Shown here one piece after another: positions 36,246 to 48,200 of a DNA stretch of 64,000 nucleotides; within the stretch, counting starts at the first letter, position 1; each line of letters begins with the position of its first letter. Source of the stretch: a virus. Location of the stretch: positions 5,534 to 69,533 of IMG/VR virus record IMGVR_UViG_2974595885_000001; one strand, written 5' to 3'. Position numbers and translations under genes: made by a program. Under the pieces are notes generated by a model. The model was not told the DNA's origin, ran no database searches, and saw nothing but the letters and a program-made list of their open reading frames with translations.

Positions 36246-37237
36246 AAAAGCTGACCAACGAACATGGCATTGATTTGCCATTGGCTGTCTGGCTCCTCCA
36301 GAACGGCTATAACAGCGGTGCTGACGTGGCTCCTGCAGGGGAGCTACTCAGTGTCACCTCACTCATGAAACCCACTCGTCGCCTCATTCTGGAGCGTCAG
36401 GTGGACGATGAGCAAGAAACCATGGATGTCAGTGATCTGATTGCCTCCCGCATGGGCCATGGTTTGCACGATTCCATCGAACGCAGTTGGGTTGAGGGCG
36501 ACTGGGCTGGAGCGATGCGGCGTCTCCACTACCCCCAGTCAGTGATTGATCGAGTCAAGATCAATCCAGACCCCTCTGAGGTCGGTAAGGATGATATCCC
36601 CATCTATCTTGAAAAGCGTGGGTTCAAGGAGATCGGTGGAATCATTCTTACCGGCCAATTGGATTTCGCTGTCAACGGTGCATACCGGGACTTCAAATCC
36701 ACCTCGACGTTCTCCTTCACCTCTGGGTCGAAGGATCAGGACTACATCCTGCAAGGCTCTATGTATCGTCTTATCATGCCAGAGTTCATCTGGAAGGATA
36801 AGATGCGTATCGAGTTCATCTTCACCGACTGGTTGAAGTACCGAGCCAAAGCAGATCCTACCTATCCTCAAGCCCGTGTGGCTCACAAAGAATTCCCTCT
36901 GATGTCTGTCAAGGAAACTGAAGAATGGGTGCTGGATAAGCTGGATGATGTCCGTCAGAACGCTCGTTACACTCACAAACAAGACAAGATGGTGCGTTGT
37001 ACGGACAAGGAACTGTGGAAACAGCCCGACTCCTACAAATACTACGCCAACCCTGAGACTGCCAAGAAAGGTGGTCGTGCTCAGAAGAGCTTCGATACTC
37101 GTGCAGATGCAGAGATCTGGCTCAAAGAGAAGGGCAAAGGCACCATTGTCACTGTCCCCGGAGAAGTAAAGGCATGTGAATACTGCCCTGCTTTTGCGGT
37201 TTGTGAACAACGAAAGGAGTATTTCCCCGATGACTGA
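36242..37237 (+). CDS. PD-(D/E)XK (Cas4/RecB-like) nuclease
   Basis: LSVTSLMKP, GHGLHDSIE, LTGQLD, DFKST and CEYCPAFAVC. Confidence 0.85.
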   Translation: MKKLTNEHGIDLPLAVWLLQNGYNSGADVAPAGELLSVTSLMKPTRRLILERQVDDEQETMDVSDLIASRMGHGLHDSIERSWVEGDWAGAMRRLHYPQSVIDRVKINPDPSEVGKDDIPIYLEKRGFKEIGGIILTGQLDFAVNGAYRDFKSTSTFSFTSGSKDQDYILQGSMYRLIMPEFIWKDKMRIEFIFTDWLKYRAKADPTYPQARVAHKEFPLMSVKETEEWVLDKLDDVRQNARYTHKQDKMVRCTDKELWKQPDSYKYYANPETAKKGGRAQKSFDTRADAEIWLKEKGKGTIVTVPGEVKACEYCPAFAVCEQRKEYFPDD

Positions 37238-39422
37238 ATTCTATGATCGTTCCGTCATCGAACAGACCCCCCACCATAACGCTATGGGTGAACTGGTTGA
37301 TCTTCTCTGTCACCGTACAGGGAACGTCAACCGGGACTTCTTCCAAGCAGAGGTGGCCTATTTCCTCGCACTGATTCCGACTTCGATGCGTGCAACCATT
37401 GCATCTCCGGAGCGGGGAAACCTTCCGATGAATATCTATTCGGTTGGTTTGGCCACATCTGGCTTTGGTAAGGGTCACTCTGTCAGCGTGATGGAAGATG
37501 TGATCGCAGGTTTCCGTGATGACTTCATGCAGTCCACGATGCCTCAGATTGCAGAAACGGCTCTGTTCGATCTTGCTGTCGATATCGCTGCTGCCAAAGG
37601 CGGTGATGAACAGCAAGAACATGAGTTGATCAAGACGGACTACAAACGTCAGGGTCATGCTCCTTTCATCTTTGACTCAGGCACTGGTCCTGCTGTCAAA
37701 CAACTCCGCTATAAGCTCCTGCTGGCCAAGTGTGGCTCGATCAATTTCCAGATGGATGAGATCGGGTCGAACCTTGTTGGCAACACTGAGGTTCTGAACA
37801 CCCTGCTGGAGCTTTATGACCTTGGCAAAATCAAAGCCAAACTGGTCAAAAACACATCTGACAACGAGCGAGGCTTGGACATTGTTGGTTCAACACCAGC
37901 GAACGTCCTTATGTTCGGTACGAGTTCGAAACTCTTTGACGGTTCCAAGACCGAAGAGGAGTTTTATTCTTTCCTCGCAACGGGTTATGCCCGACGTTGT
38001 TTCTTTGGGATTGGTAAGTCAGAGACCACCTTTGCCTCTATCCAACCCGAAGCTGTCTACAACGGACTGGTGTCTAAGAACCAATCACAGGCTCTGGCAC
38101 GTTGGAAACAGTACCTCACCAAGTTCGCAGACCCACGGTTCTATGATCAACAGATCGATGTGCCAAAGGATGTGGGCGTGGAGCTTGTCAGCTATCGGTT
38201 GCAGTGTGAAGCCGAAGCCAATGAACTCCCTGAGCATGAGGAAATCCGTAAGGCTGAACTGAGTCACAGGTATTTCAAATCCCTGAAACTTGCAGGTGTT
38301 TATGCGTTCTTGGACGAGAGTTCGGAAATCACCCAACAACATCTGCGTCAGGCCATCAAGGTTGCTGAAGAGTCAGGTGCATCGTTCCAGAAACTGCTGA
38401 AGCGGGAACGGAACTTTGTTCGATTGGCGAAGTACATTGCGACCAGCCCGGACAACCTTACTCATGCGGACTTGGTTGAGGATCTTCCCTACTATCCGAC
38501 GAGCACAACAGCACGTCGGGAGATGATGGACCTTGCCATGGCGTGGGGTGTGTCAAACCATGTTGTCATCACGAAAAACGTGGTCCAGTCTGTGGAGTTC
38601 TTCTCTGGAGATACTCTGCAGGAAACTGATCTGGAAAAACTCTCCTTCAGTTTCTCGGATCACTTTGCCTATGACTACGATCACTACGAACAGCCTTTCG
38701 ACAAGCTCCCCAAACTCTTGGAGCAACCCGGAATGCACTGGGCTAACCATGCCTTCGAGGAAAACCATCGTCATGAAGACAAGGTGCTCCCCGGATTCAA
38801 TCTCATCGTGATCGACGTTGACGGGCATACTCGTGACAAGGAAGGTAACATCACCAACTACGGTCCTACTCTGGATCAGGTGCATGAGTTGCTTGGCGAC
38901 TACACCTTCATCACTCAGACGACGAAGAGCCATACAGACGAAGAACATCGATTCCGTCTCATCCTGCCTACGAACTATGTTCTGAAGCTCGACAAGGACG
39001 ACTACAAAGAGTTCATGGATTCTTTTGCGATGTGGCTTCCCTTCGTGACAGACACTGCAGCAAACCAGCGTTCCCGGAAATGGCGAACGAACGACCTTGC
39101 TCAGATTCACGTCAACAAGGGACCACAAGTCATTGATGTGCTTCCGTTTATTCCCAAAACCAAGGCGAATAACGAGTACGTCCAACAAGTGGCAGACCTC
39201 GGAAATCTGGACAATCTGGAACGTTGGTTCTTGAACAACATGGACGTTGGGAATAGAAACAACAACCTGCTCAATTACGCAATGATGCTGAAAGATGCAG
39301 GTGCGTCCTTCGATGACGTGGAGAAAAAAGTCCTCGATCTGAACAAACGGTCAAACGCTCCTCTCAAGGTTGACGAGCTTCAAATGACTGTCCTCAAATC
39401 GGTGGCTTCCAAATACTCATAA
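37230..39422 (+). CDS. DNA primase (N4 gp43-like; P-loop, prim-pol and PriCT regions)
   Basis: ATSGFGKG, FQMDEIG, LIVIDVD and C-terminal GNRNNNLLNYA, in the expected syntenic position. Confidence 0.82.
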   Translation: MTEFYDRSVIEQTPHHNAMGELVDLLCHRTGNVNRDFFQAEVAYFLALIPTSMRATIASPERGNLPMNIYSVGLATSGFGKGHSVSVMEDVIAGFRDDFMQSTMPQIAETALFDLAVDIAAAKGGDEQQEHELIKTDYKRQGHAPFIFDSGTGPAVKQLRYKLLLAKCGSINFQMDEIGSNLVGNTEVLNTLLELYDLGKIKAKLVKNTSDNERGLDIVGSTPANVLMFGTSSKLFDGSKTEEEFYSFLATGYARRCFFGIGKSETTFASIQPEAVYNGLVSKNQSQALARWKQYLTKFADPRFYDQQIDVPKDVGVELVSYRLQCEAEANELPEHEEIRKAELSHRYFKSLKLAGVYAFLDESSEITQQHLRQAIKVAEESGASFQKLLKRERNFVRLAKYIATSPDNLTHADLVEDLPYYPTSTTARREMMDLAMAWGVSNHVVITKNVVQSVEFFSGDTLQETDLEKLSFSFSDHFAYDYDHYEQPFDKLPKLLEQPGMHWANHAFEENHRHEDKVLPGFNLIVIDVDGHTRDKEGNITNYGPTLDQVHELLGDYTFITQTTKSHTDEEHRFRLILPTNYVLKLDKDDYKEFMDSFAMWLPFVTDTAANQRSRKWRTNDLAQIHVNKGPQVIDVLPFIPKTKANNEYVQQVADLGNLDNLERWFLNNMDVGNRNNNLLNYAMMLKDAGASFDDVEKKVLDLNKRSNAPLKVDELQMTVLKSVASKYS

Positions 39423-39432
39423 GGAGAAGCAC

Positions 39433-40182
39433 ATGAGTGCAGAAAACCCCAAGAGTATCCTCATCTGTGGTGAGAGCGGACATGGTAAGTCCGCCTCACT
39501 CATGGGGATCAAAGACCGGACTGATGTCCTGTATCTGAACTGTGAACAGGGGAAACCTCTTCCCTTCAAGAACAAGTTCAAAAAGAAAACCATCACCGAT
39601 CCTGAAGATATCATCGACTGGATCGAACAGTTGGAAGAAATGGGTGACGAGAATCCGTTCAAGTTTGTCGTTATCGACACCATCAGCTTTATGATGGACA
39701 TGTACGAGCGTATGCACGTCACTGGTTCTGCCAACACCCAAAAGGCATGGGGTGACTATGGTCAGTTCTTCCCTCGCCTCATGGACGCCACAGCACGTCT
39801 GGATGACGTGTTCTTCATCTTCCTTGGTCACCTCGATTCGTATCTCGACGAGGATGAGGGGATGATGAAATACCGCGTTCCTGTGAAGGGTTCTCTCAAG
39901 ACCAAAGGTCTGGAAGCCTACTTCACAACTGTCGTGTACGTGAAACGGATGCGAACCAAAGACATCACGAAAGTGTGTCCTGATGGCAACAGCCTGCTGA
40001 AAATCTCAGCCAAGGAAGAAGCCAAAGGGTTCAAGCATGTGTTCCTCACGGACGCTGACAAGACCACTATTGGTGGTCGGATCCGCTCACCTCTGGGTAT
40101 GTGGGAAGATGAGGAACTCTACATCGACAACGATGTTCAGCATGTTCTGAAGCGACTCATCGACTACTACGCAGAAGACTGA
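39433..40182 (+). CDS. Sak4/AAA_24-like ATPase (N4 gp44-like)
   Basis: GESGHGKS, VVIDTIS and GLEAYFTTVVY. Confidence 0.85.
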   Translation: MSAENPKSILICGESGHGKSASLMGIKDRTDVLYLNCEQGKPLPFKNKFKKKTITDPEDIIDWIEQLEEMGDENPFKFVVIDTISFMMDMYERMHVTGSANTQKAWGDYGQFFPRLMDATARLDDVFFIFLGHLDSYLDEDEGMMKYRVPVKGSLKTKGLEAYFTTVVYVKRMRTKDITKVCPDGNSLLKISAKEEAKGFKHVFLTDADKTTIGGRIRSPLGMWEDEELYIDNDVQHVLKRLIDYYAED

Positions 40183-40237
40183 TCTTTTTTGGTTCTCCGG
40201 AACTGATCAAGCAACTCTCATGAAAAAAGGAAAAACC

Positions 40238-41050
40238 ATGGGAAACATTTTCGCAAACTCCAAACCTGCTGCCAAACGTGAAGTCGAAGAGGACTACGTT
40301 GGCGGTGGTGGTCTTCTGGACACTGACATCTACACCGGTACGATCAAGTACGCCTACATCGGGAAAGCGGCCAACTCTGGTGCTCGCAACCTGACTCTGG
40401 CTGTTACCATTGGTTCGACCGAGGTGACCCGTCAGATCTGGATGACGAACCGTGACGGTGAAGTCACCTACAAGGACAAGAAGACTGGCGATCTGAAGAA
40501 CCTTCCGGGTTACAATCAGGTCAACGCTCTGACCATGCTGCTGTGCTCGAAAGAGGTCGGTGACATGGATGTCGAAGACAAGACCCTGAGCCTCTACGAC
40601 TACGAGTCGAAGAAAGAGATCCCTCAGTCGGTTCCGTGCTTCGTCGATCTTCATGGCCTCGAACTGCAGGTGGCAATCCAACGTCAGACTCTCGACAAGA
40701 CCGAGAAGAACGAAGCCACTGGCAACTACGAGCCGAACGGTGAAACCCGTGACGTGAACGAGTTCATCAAGTTCTTCCCTGCTGACAAAGCAGTGACTCT
40801 GGGCGAGGTGGCACAGTTCATCTCCAGCCTTGGTGGTGACTTTGATGACGTTCTGTCTGACGGTGACCTCGACAAAGCCATCGCCAAGATGGAAGTCGAA
40901 ATGGGTGGTTGGGCCGAGAAGTGGCTCGACAAAAACCGTGGTCAAACTTGGGACCGCTCGACTGGCAAGAAAGAAGGCAAAGCCTTCGGTGGCAGTGCAA
41001 AATCGGGTGGTGGATCCTCGAAACCGAAGTCGAACCTGTTTGACGATTGA
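40238..41050 (+). CDS. ssb: Single-stranded DNA-binding protein (N4 gp45-like)
   Basis: Position after gp44-like gene; LDTDIY.GTIK.AY, LPGYNQVN; C-terminal KSNLFDD. Confidence 0.8.
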   Translation: MGNIFANSKPAAKREVEEDYVGGGGLLDTDIYTGTIKYAYIGKAANSGARNLTLAVTIGSTEVTRQIWMTNRDGEVTYKDKKTGDLKNLPGYNQVNALTMLLCSKEVGDMDVEDKTLSLYDYESKKEIPQSVPCFVDLHGLELQVAIQRQTLDKTEKNEATGNYEPNGETRDVNEFIKFFPADKAVTLGEVAQFISSLGGDFDDVLSDGDLDKAIAKMEVEMGGWAEKWLDKNRGQTWDRSTGKKEGKAFGGSAKSGGGSSKPKSNLFDD

Positions 41051-41994
41051 TCCACATCCCTCAGCTTGAGGGATACAGGGTGCGGGATTCTCATACTTTG
41101 AGGATCCCCACCTATGTAAACGTTTCAAAGAAGACCACAAAAGCGTGCAATCTGAACGTTTACCGTAACCTTCATCACCATCATCTGAACTCACAGAAAA
41201 AGAACTTCAAAGATGAGGTGTCACCAGAGGTCAGGAAACTGCCTCGGATGGACAAGATCTGGATCCACTATACAGTCTTCGCTCCAACTGCACGTACACT
41301 CGACACGATGAACGTGGGATCTATCGTCGATAAGTATTTCAGCGATGCCCTGACAGAACTGGGCAGAATCCCCGACGACAACCACAAACACATCGTCTTC
41401 TCATCGTTCTCTTTTGGTGGGATCGTCAAACTTGATGGTCACGCAATCGCAACGATTTATGAACTTGAAGAGGAAAAACCAATGCGAATCCTTCTCGACC
41501 AAGCAGACATTCAGACTGCTCTGGATAACCACGTTCAGACTCTGGGTCTGACGGGTGCTTCCGGTGTGGCATTGTCTGTCAACGACGCAGGTGAGATCGA
41601 AGCAGAAGTCCAGATGGGCGAAGCTGCTGAGACCACTGCACCTGCCCCCAAACCAAAGAACAAAGGTGGCCGTCCCAAAGGTTCCCGGAACAAGCCAAAG
41701 GCTCCTGAAGTAGAGGAGACTGCGGATGTTGAAGAATCTGCTGATGACGCTGGCGATGGATCTGATAGCGGAGGAAGTGACGCATCAGAGGAAGCTGCTG
41801 AGACAGGAACGGACACAGCAACGGAGGGATCGGAAACCGAAAACCCTTCCGAAAAACCGGAGCCAAAAAGCTCTTCCAGCATCTTCGAAAGTGAAGGTGA
41901 CGAGGAAGGAACCTCGGACTCCGCATCGGGTGAAGCTGTAGATGCAGCGAAACCTGCTGGCAAGAAGAAGTCGAGCATCTTCGATGTTGACTAA
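41047..41994 (+). CDS. RusA-like Holliday junction resolvase in frame with an acidic, AT-hook-containing extension
   Basis: LDTMNV...DKYFSDAL...IPDDN is the RusA-like catalytic pattern. An internal RBS and ATG at 41482 begin the acidic half. Confidence 0.7.
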   Translation: MIHIPQLEGYRVRDSHTLRIPTYVNVSKKTTKACNLNVYRNLHHHHLNSQKKNFKDEVSPEVRKLPRMDKIWIHYTVFAPTARTLDTMNVGSIVDKYFSDALTELGRIPDDNHKHIVFSSFSFGGIVKLDGHAIATIYELEEEKPMRILLDQADIQTALDNHVQTLGLTGASGVALSVNDAGEIEAEVQMGEAAETTAPAPKPKNKGGRPKGSRNKPKAPEVEETADVEESADDAGDGSDSGGSDASEEAAETGTDTATEGSETENPSEKPEPKSSSSIFESEGDEEGTSDSASGEAVDAAKPAGKKKSSIFDVD

Positions 41995-42151
41995 ACTCTT
42001 CCGTCTCATGCTCGTCATCGGAGCCATTGCAGCCTTCATTGTGTTGGCTCCGATCCTCATCACCATTGCTGGCCTGTTCCTCATGGGTCTGGTTGGCTTT
42101 GGCGTCCTGTGTCTGATCGTATTCCTTATCTGGGCTGCGATCCAAGACTGA
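41984..42151 (+). CDS. Small membrane protein
   Basis: 55 aa, almost entirely hydrophobic; last gene of the + strand block. Confidence 0.65.
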   Translation: MLTKLFRLMLVIGAIAAFIVLAPILITIAGLFLMGLVGFGVLCLIVFLIWAAIQD

Positions 42152-42155
42152 GGTA

Positions 42156-42201
42156 GAGGAGGGGGACAGGTTTTTCTCCAATTTTCCCTGTCCCCTTTCT
42201 C
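42156..42201. terminator. Stem-loop at the convergence of the middle and late blocks
   Basis: GAGGAGGGGGACAGG / CCTGTCCCCTTTCTC arms between convergent stop codons. Confidence 0.6.
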
Positions 42202-42203
42202 CC

Positions 42204-45200
42204 TTAGTTCCAACCAGCAATCACTGCCCATGGGTGCATTTCCGGGGCTGTGAAGAACATCTCTGTACCAGTCGAGAAGTCCAGACGATCTGCACCAATG
42301 GTGAAAATGTTATCGTCCACTGGGTTACCGACATCAGGTCCAGCCATCTGCATAGTCAGAGACCGTACAGGGTTTTCCCGCATCATCCGCATTGCCACTT
42401 TTGCAGCCCGGATCTTGTATGCGAAGAACCAAGTACCACCCATCCGCTCCAACAGAGAGCGAACACGACCCGGAAGAATGCCGTAGTTGATGAAGTTGTT
42501 GTTCATCTTTGCGAGAGCCTCTTCCTTCTCAAGTCCCTGAGCAATCAGGTGGTCGTAGTAGATCGACTTGGCAACCAAATCCCCATACTGAGTAGACGTG
42601 TTCATGAACTTGTAGAACTTCGTGTCCTTCGAGATCAATGCAACACGAGCAGCCTTACGGCCACGTTCACCACCATGTTTCTCTGCAAGATCAATGAGTT
42701 GCTGTTCCCAGTCCTTGTTGTACTCGCCTTGCTCGGTGAGTCCTTCAACGAGGTTCTTGAACTGACCAGCTTCGATCATAGGAGCAATGGACATCCGGTT
42801 ACGACGTTCTTCCAGAGCAGAGATCTTCCGGTCAATGGTCACACGTTTCCGAGGATTAACTTCACGTTCCACGGAGAGATCCATGATCTGAACACCAATC
42901 TTCTCGAACTCCTGCAGTTCAGCAATCTTGTCACGAGTACCCTTCAGGATAGCCTTGATAGGAACACCTTGGTTCGCAAGCTGCCAGACGTTGGAAACTG
43001 CATTCTGGTAAGCCACCTGAACCGATTTGATGATGATGGTGGACTTCACATTGGACACAGTTTCCTCAAGAGCACGTTCACCTTGAGCCAACCAACGCAT
43101 AGCATTCTTGCCCATGAGCATCTGAGCGACCTGACGAGCACCCTTGTTCACCTCTGCAGGCATATTGTTCTGACCGGTCCAGATATCCGTCACAGACGCC
43201 TCACGATAGCCCACAGACAGGTCCACATGGTCTTTCCGTACCATGAACCCAGTATCCTCACCGAACTGCTCATCAGCGTAGTCTTTGACGTACTGAGGCA
43301 TCAGACGATAGGCTTCCCGGTGCTGAGGGTTCTTCGAGGTTTTCAGGTTCACGAATTCCTCAGAAGTATCATTGTCCCGGTTGTGCCAGAGAGAAGCCAA
43401 ATGCTCCACAGTACCTTTGTTGAACTCAACAGAGGCATTCTCTTCGAAGGTACGACCGTATTTGATACCCGACAGGGTGAAGATGTCGTTTTCCAGTTCC
43501 AGAGCGTTTTCCATGACCTCACGGTTGTGCAGGAACTCGAAACCTTCAATCGTCCCATCAGGACCGTAAACCGGTGCATAGAACTCAGTCTCATCAGCAG
43601 ACAGATCTGAGTTGTAGAAGTTCACCAATTGCTCAGTGACATCCACTTCCATTGCATCAGTCCCGAATGTGGATTGACCAGTCACCTTGTCCACACCTTT
43701 GAAGGTCTGACCAGCGTTCTGCAGAACACCTTGAGAGTAGTTCTGTTGGGCTGTGTCATTCACAAAGTAGGCCATGGTGAAACCGGTAGGTAGACCAGTC
43801 TCGATATCCTGAACCTTACGCCAGCCTTTGGCTTTCAGAGCAGCTTCACTCGCAGCCGTATCGATCTTGATCCGGGAACCACCTTTGGAAACCATAGGCT
43901 GATAACCTTTGTAGTGGTTCATCCGAGCCATACCAGAGATCTGAGTGGCCCCAGTTTCCTCTTCTTGGTTCATGTGGTTCAGCCAGTTCAGGAGACCCTG
44001 TGCAGCTTCTTCGTTGTCCATGACGTACTGTTGCAAATCTGCATCACCTCCGGCCAGTTCCAGAGCTTTCAGAGTCACATACTCATCAATGATGTCCACA
44101 CCATCGATCTCAGGGTTTTCCAGTCGAGCAATCGCAAATGCGTTACGCTGCAGGAATTTACCCGGAACACCGTTGACCATGAAGTTTGCAAGCTGGTCAG
44201 CCTTGGCTTCCACAGCAGATGCACGAGAACCATACAGAACACCAATCTGGGCCTGTGCATCGTTCATACGCTGGTTGAAGTAAGCTGCATCAGTCAGGAG
44301 ACGGACAGCATTCCCTGCACCCTCACGAGAAGCGATAGAGGCCAGATCAGTTTTGGCGATCTGAGTATTCATCGTTTGAGCCATCTCACGATCATCGGTG
44401 AAACGGTTACGCAGGATAGCAGGGATACGGTCACGAATCTGTTGACGCGCCCAAACAACCCGGAAATTCACTTCATCCAGTTTCTGGATCAAACCTTTGT
44501 TGTCATCGGTGGAACCAATAACCTCATTCACAAAGGAACGAATTGGCTGGCCGATCACAGTATCAAAGAACGGGATCCGGTTCATCTGGTGTTGTGTTGC
44601 TGCAGCCTGAAGTTCAGCCCGATCAGCATCCAGCATGTTGGTCACAGATGTGACAGCATTTGCCAGACCACGAACGATCAGGTTGGAGTTTTCCTCCATG
44701 ATCTTCTCACGTTTCCGGTCAGTGATCTCTGCAAGCTGAGACATAGCACCAGAGACAAACTCATCTGCCTTGTCAAAGGAACGGGTCAAACCATCCAGAA
44801 CACCATACTCACGGGACGTATCGACCTTGTGGAGAGACCGAGCAAGGTTATCCACCACACTCAGAAGATCACCCTCAACGTCTACTTTTTGGGTGAGTTT
44901 CCGGACAGTGTAGTCAACCGCTCCCGTAATGAAGTCAGGGAGGCTTTCAGCTTTTGCATTTTCTCCTTCCGGAGCCGGTATCTCTCCCAACGCTTCGCGG
45001 AATTGTCGTGAAGATTGAGTGAGTGAAAGAAACGCTGCCAAGGGTCCATGATCAGACTCCCTATCCATAAGCGACTGAATTTCTTGAGTTTGACGAGCAT
45101 CAGCCATGTTCAGGTTTTCCATGACATGGTTCAGGATCTTCGTCAAACCACCTTCCATCTGAGTATTCGTCGGAAGACCAGCACGCATGATGATGTAGAC

Positions 45201-48200
45201 AGCACGGAAGTTAGCCCGAGCTTCTGCACCACGCAGCAGGTTCGACTGACCCAGATCGTTGATAATCCGGTCTGCTTCATCGTGGAAATCAACCACATCC
45301 TGAGCATTCTGAGAGCGTTGGCCCCCATTCGCAGGAGTGGATTTTACGTTCATATCGTCGATCCAGTTTTTGACCATATCGATCCAGTAACCTGTTGGTT
45401 TACCAGAGAAAGGTCCAGAACCTTCGCCACCATCCTCAACAGGAGGAACAGGAGGTTGGCCCAGATACCCAGTTGCGAAAACCAACTCATCAAACATATT
45501 CGCAGGAACCCCTACGATACGTTTCATCAACTGGACCACTTTCTGAGCCAGTTTCAGGATCGGAGATTTGGACTCCAGAGCCTTACGGGTTTTCATGTTG
45601 GTCAGGCCCCAAGCCATGAACTCATTCAGAGCAGCAGCTTTCGCTTCTGGTGTTGTGTTCGTTTGGTTCCGGAGCACTGCAGCTTTGGCCTGTGGAGCGT
45701 CAATGGTGTCATCACCCATGAACTCATCCATCAGAGCTTCAAGCTGTTCCACAGCCTCATGCTTGTTCCCGTTGTAGTGATCCAGCACACGGCTCATGGT
45801 TGCAGCATGAACCAACTCATGAAGAGCAGCTTCCGGATCTTTGGTAGCCAAGAAGATCACATCGTTGTTCGGGTCATAGTTCGCATCAGCTTTCAGGATC
45901 TGAGCATCGTCAGGGAAGTTCTGGATCCGGTATTCGTTCAACTGTTCCAGAGTACCGTAGACCACACGAGTCTCAGGACGGATCATTGGAGCAATGACCT
46001 TCAGGACTGCAGGATCACCCTTCATACGCTTCATGAGAGCCTGAGCAGTGAATTCCTTCACCGGTACACGGACATCTTCCTGAACCTTCTCACCGGCCAG
46101 TTCCTTACGGATCAGTTCGTTGATTTCGGAGCGAGACAGTTCCAGACCATCTTGGGAGAAACCAACATCAGAACCACCCATCTGATCGACAGACTTGGCC
46201 AGACGTTTCATCACCCGTTTACGGGCTTTGATTGCTTCATGCCTCTGATCCAATTGTACCATCAAATCCTGCATATTCGAGATTTCGATCTCACTTTTTT
46301 CTTGAGCGATAGCAATTGCTTCGTCGAGAGCAGTTTGATCGAGATCATTCGACAGGAAACCACGGAAGTTTTCTGCAGCCATTCCAAACACATCACGTTC
46401 CCAAGTAGCAGCAACCTGTTCGTTCACGAGAGGTGCATACTCTTTGATCTTGGTGACAGGCATATCGATACCGTCAAAGATCGGGAGAGTGTCTGGCATC
46501 TTGTCAGCAACACGAGAGTAGATGAGGTTCATCATCATCGCATCACCAGTGGCGATCACAGTGAACGGGATAGCAGCCACACCCGGCAGAGACGGGAACG
46601 GAAGGTTGGATTTCTGACGGAATTCACGAGTCATCGACGAGGACAGTTCCAAGTCAGACTGGGTTTTCTCAAAACCACCAATACTTAGAGTCTGGGTATC
46701 CGACGTGAACAGAGGAGACATGGTTTCCAGTTCAGCCATGGCTTTCTCATAGTCAGCCCGTGCGATCTTGGAATAGACCGGATCACCTTTGTCGTTCTTC
46801 GGAGCGTACTCAGCCAGTTTCCGAGCCATCATGACTTGGAGATATGCAGACTGGACGTTCGTCGAGTAGACCATCAGATCGTTCAGAGTCTTGATGTCAT
46901 CACCAATCGTCTGTTGTGTGGCTTCAGCCAGAACACGACCCAGTGTTGAACCAACTTGGTTCTGGAACTGATCGATTGCAGAGTCAGGGAATTCAAAGGC
47001 ACCATCAATCCCTTGGGGCAGAGTATCCCCAAAGAGAACACGGATGTCCTGTTGGATTTCCGGGTAGCCAAAATACTCAGCATAATCAACGTTGTTCGGG
47101 ATGTTCTGGATCTTGGTGTAGAATTCCAGAAGCATGTCGTTGGCAACACCGATACCCACACCTTTCACACCAGAACCATAGTTGACCTTGGTCATCGGGT
47201 TCTTGGCAGTGTTACGGGTCATCTCGATACGACCATCGTCATGACGCTTCAGGTTACCGAATGCAGCACCAAAACGCATGGAGGCTTCCAGAGCAGCCTG
47301 TTTACCGGGCTTCTTAGCCAGAGCCTTGTAGACGTTCCGAGCATGAGTAATGGAGCGTTCAGAGACTTTCTCGTACAGGTCTTTGTTGGTTCCCTGACCG
47401 AAGAAACTGTTGATCGAACGACCAGTCTCACCGAGGAACAAACCAATACGCTGAAGGTTTCCGAACTCTTCTTGGCTGATCTCACCTTGACCGAAGTTCA
47501 CCATCATGTTGGCAGCACCGTTGGTCAGACCATCCAGTTCCACAGACAGAGAGGTGTCAAAGGTTTCACGGCCACTTTCCATGGCGAACTCTGCTTCAGC
47601 CACAGCATATACAGCAGCCAACTGTTGCATTTCTACAACACCCATGGCTTGGCCCAGATTACCTTGCAATTCACCCGTCTGAAGGTAGGATTTCAAGATT
47701 GCCTTGGCTTCACCGTAGCGAGCTTCGAATTCATCTTGGACGTTTGCCAAGATCTCAGCTTGGTTCTTCTTCTCGATCTTGAACAGGTCAGAAGCCTGAG
47801 CAACACCCAACCAGAAAGCATCCATCTGATCTTTGTCGTTCAGGTTCACAGTGGCCCAGTTCGGAGCAACCAGAGCACGGAGGATCTTGTTCGATTGAGG
47901 GTTGATACCCTGATACTGGTGACGACCAACCTTGGTCACACCAACCGAGTAATACACCGGAGTATCCCGAGTTTCTGCTTCACCGATCACTTGCAGTGCA
48001 TCAGCGTAACCCATTTCAATCGAAAGGTTTTTACCCTCGACAGACTTCCGGAGAGTTTCGTTCTGGATCTCATCAGGGTTCACCCAACCAAGCATAAATG
48101 CCAGATCATCACCCATCTGGTCAGCCACATCAGCGAGACCTTCATTCAGGTAATGAGGAGTTTCCTGCATGGCCCGGAGAGCTTTCTTCTCCGTCGCACT

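Noticed and set aside
36242-37237. Cas4-like nuclease as a sign of a CRISPR system
   Set aside because: No repeat-spacer array or other cas genes were seen. It is a standard N4-like replication-block nuclease.
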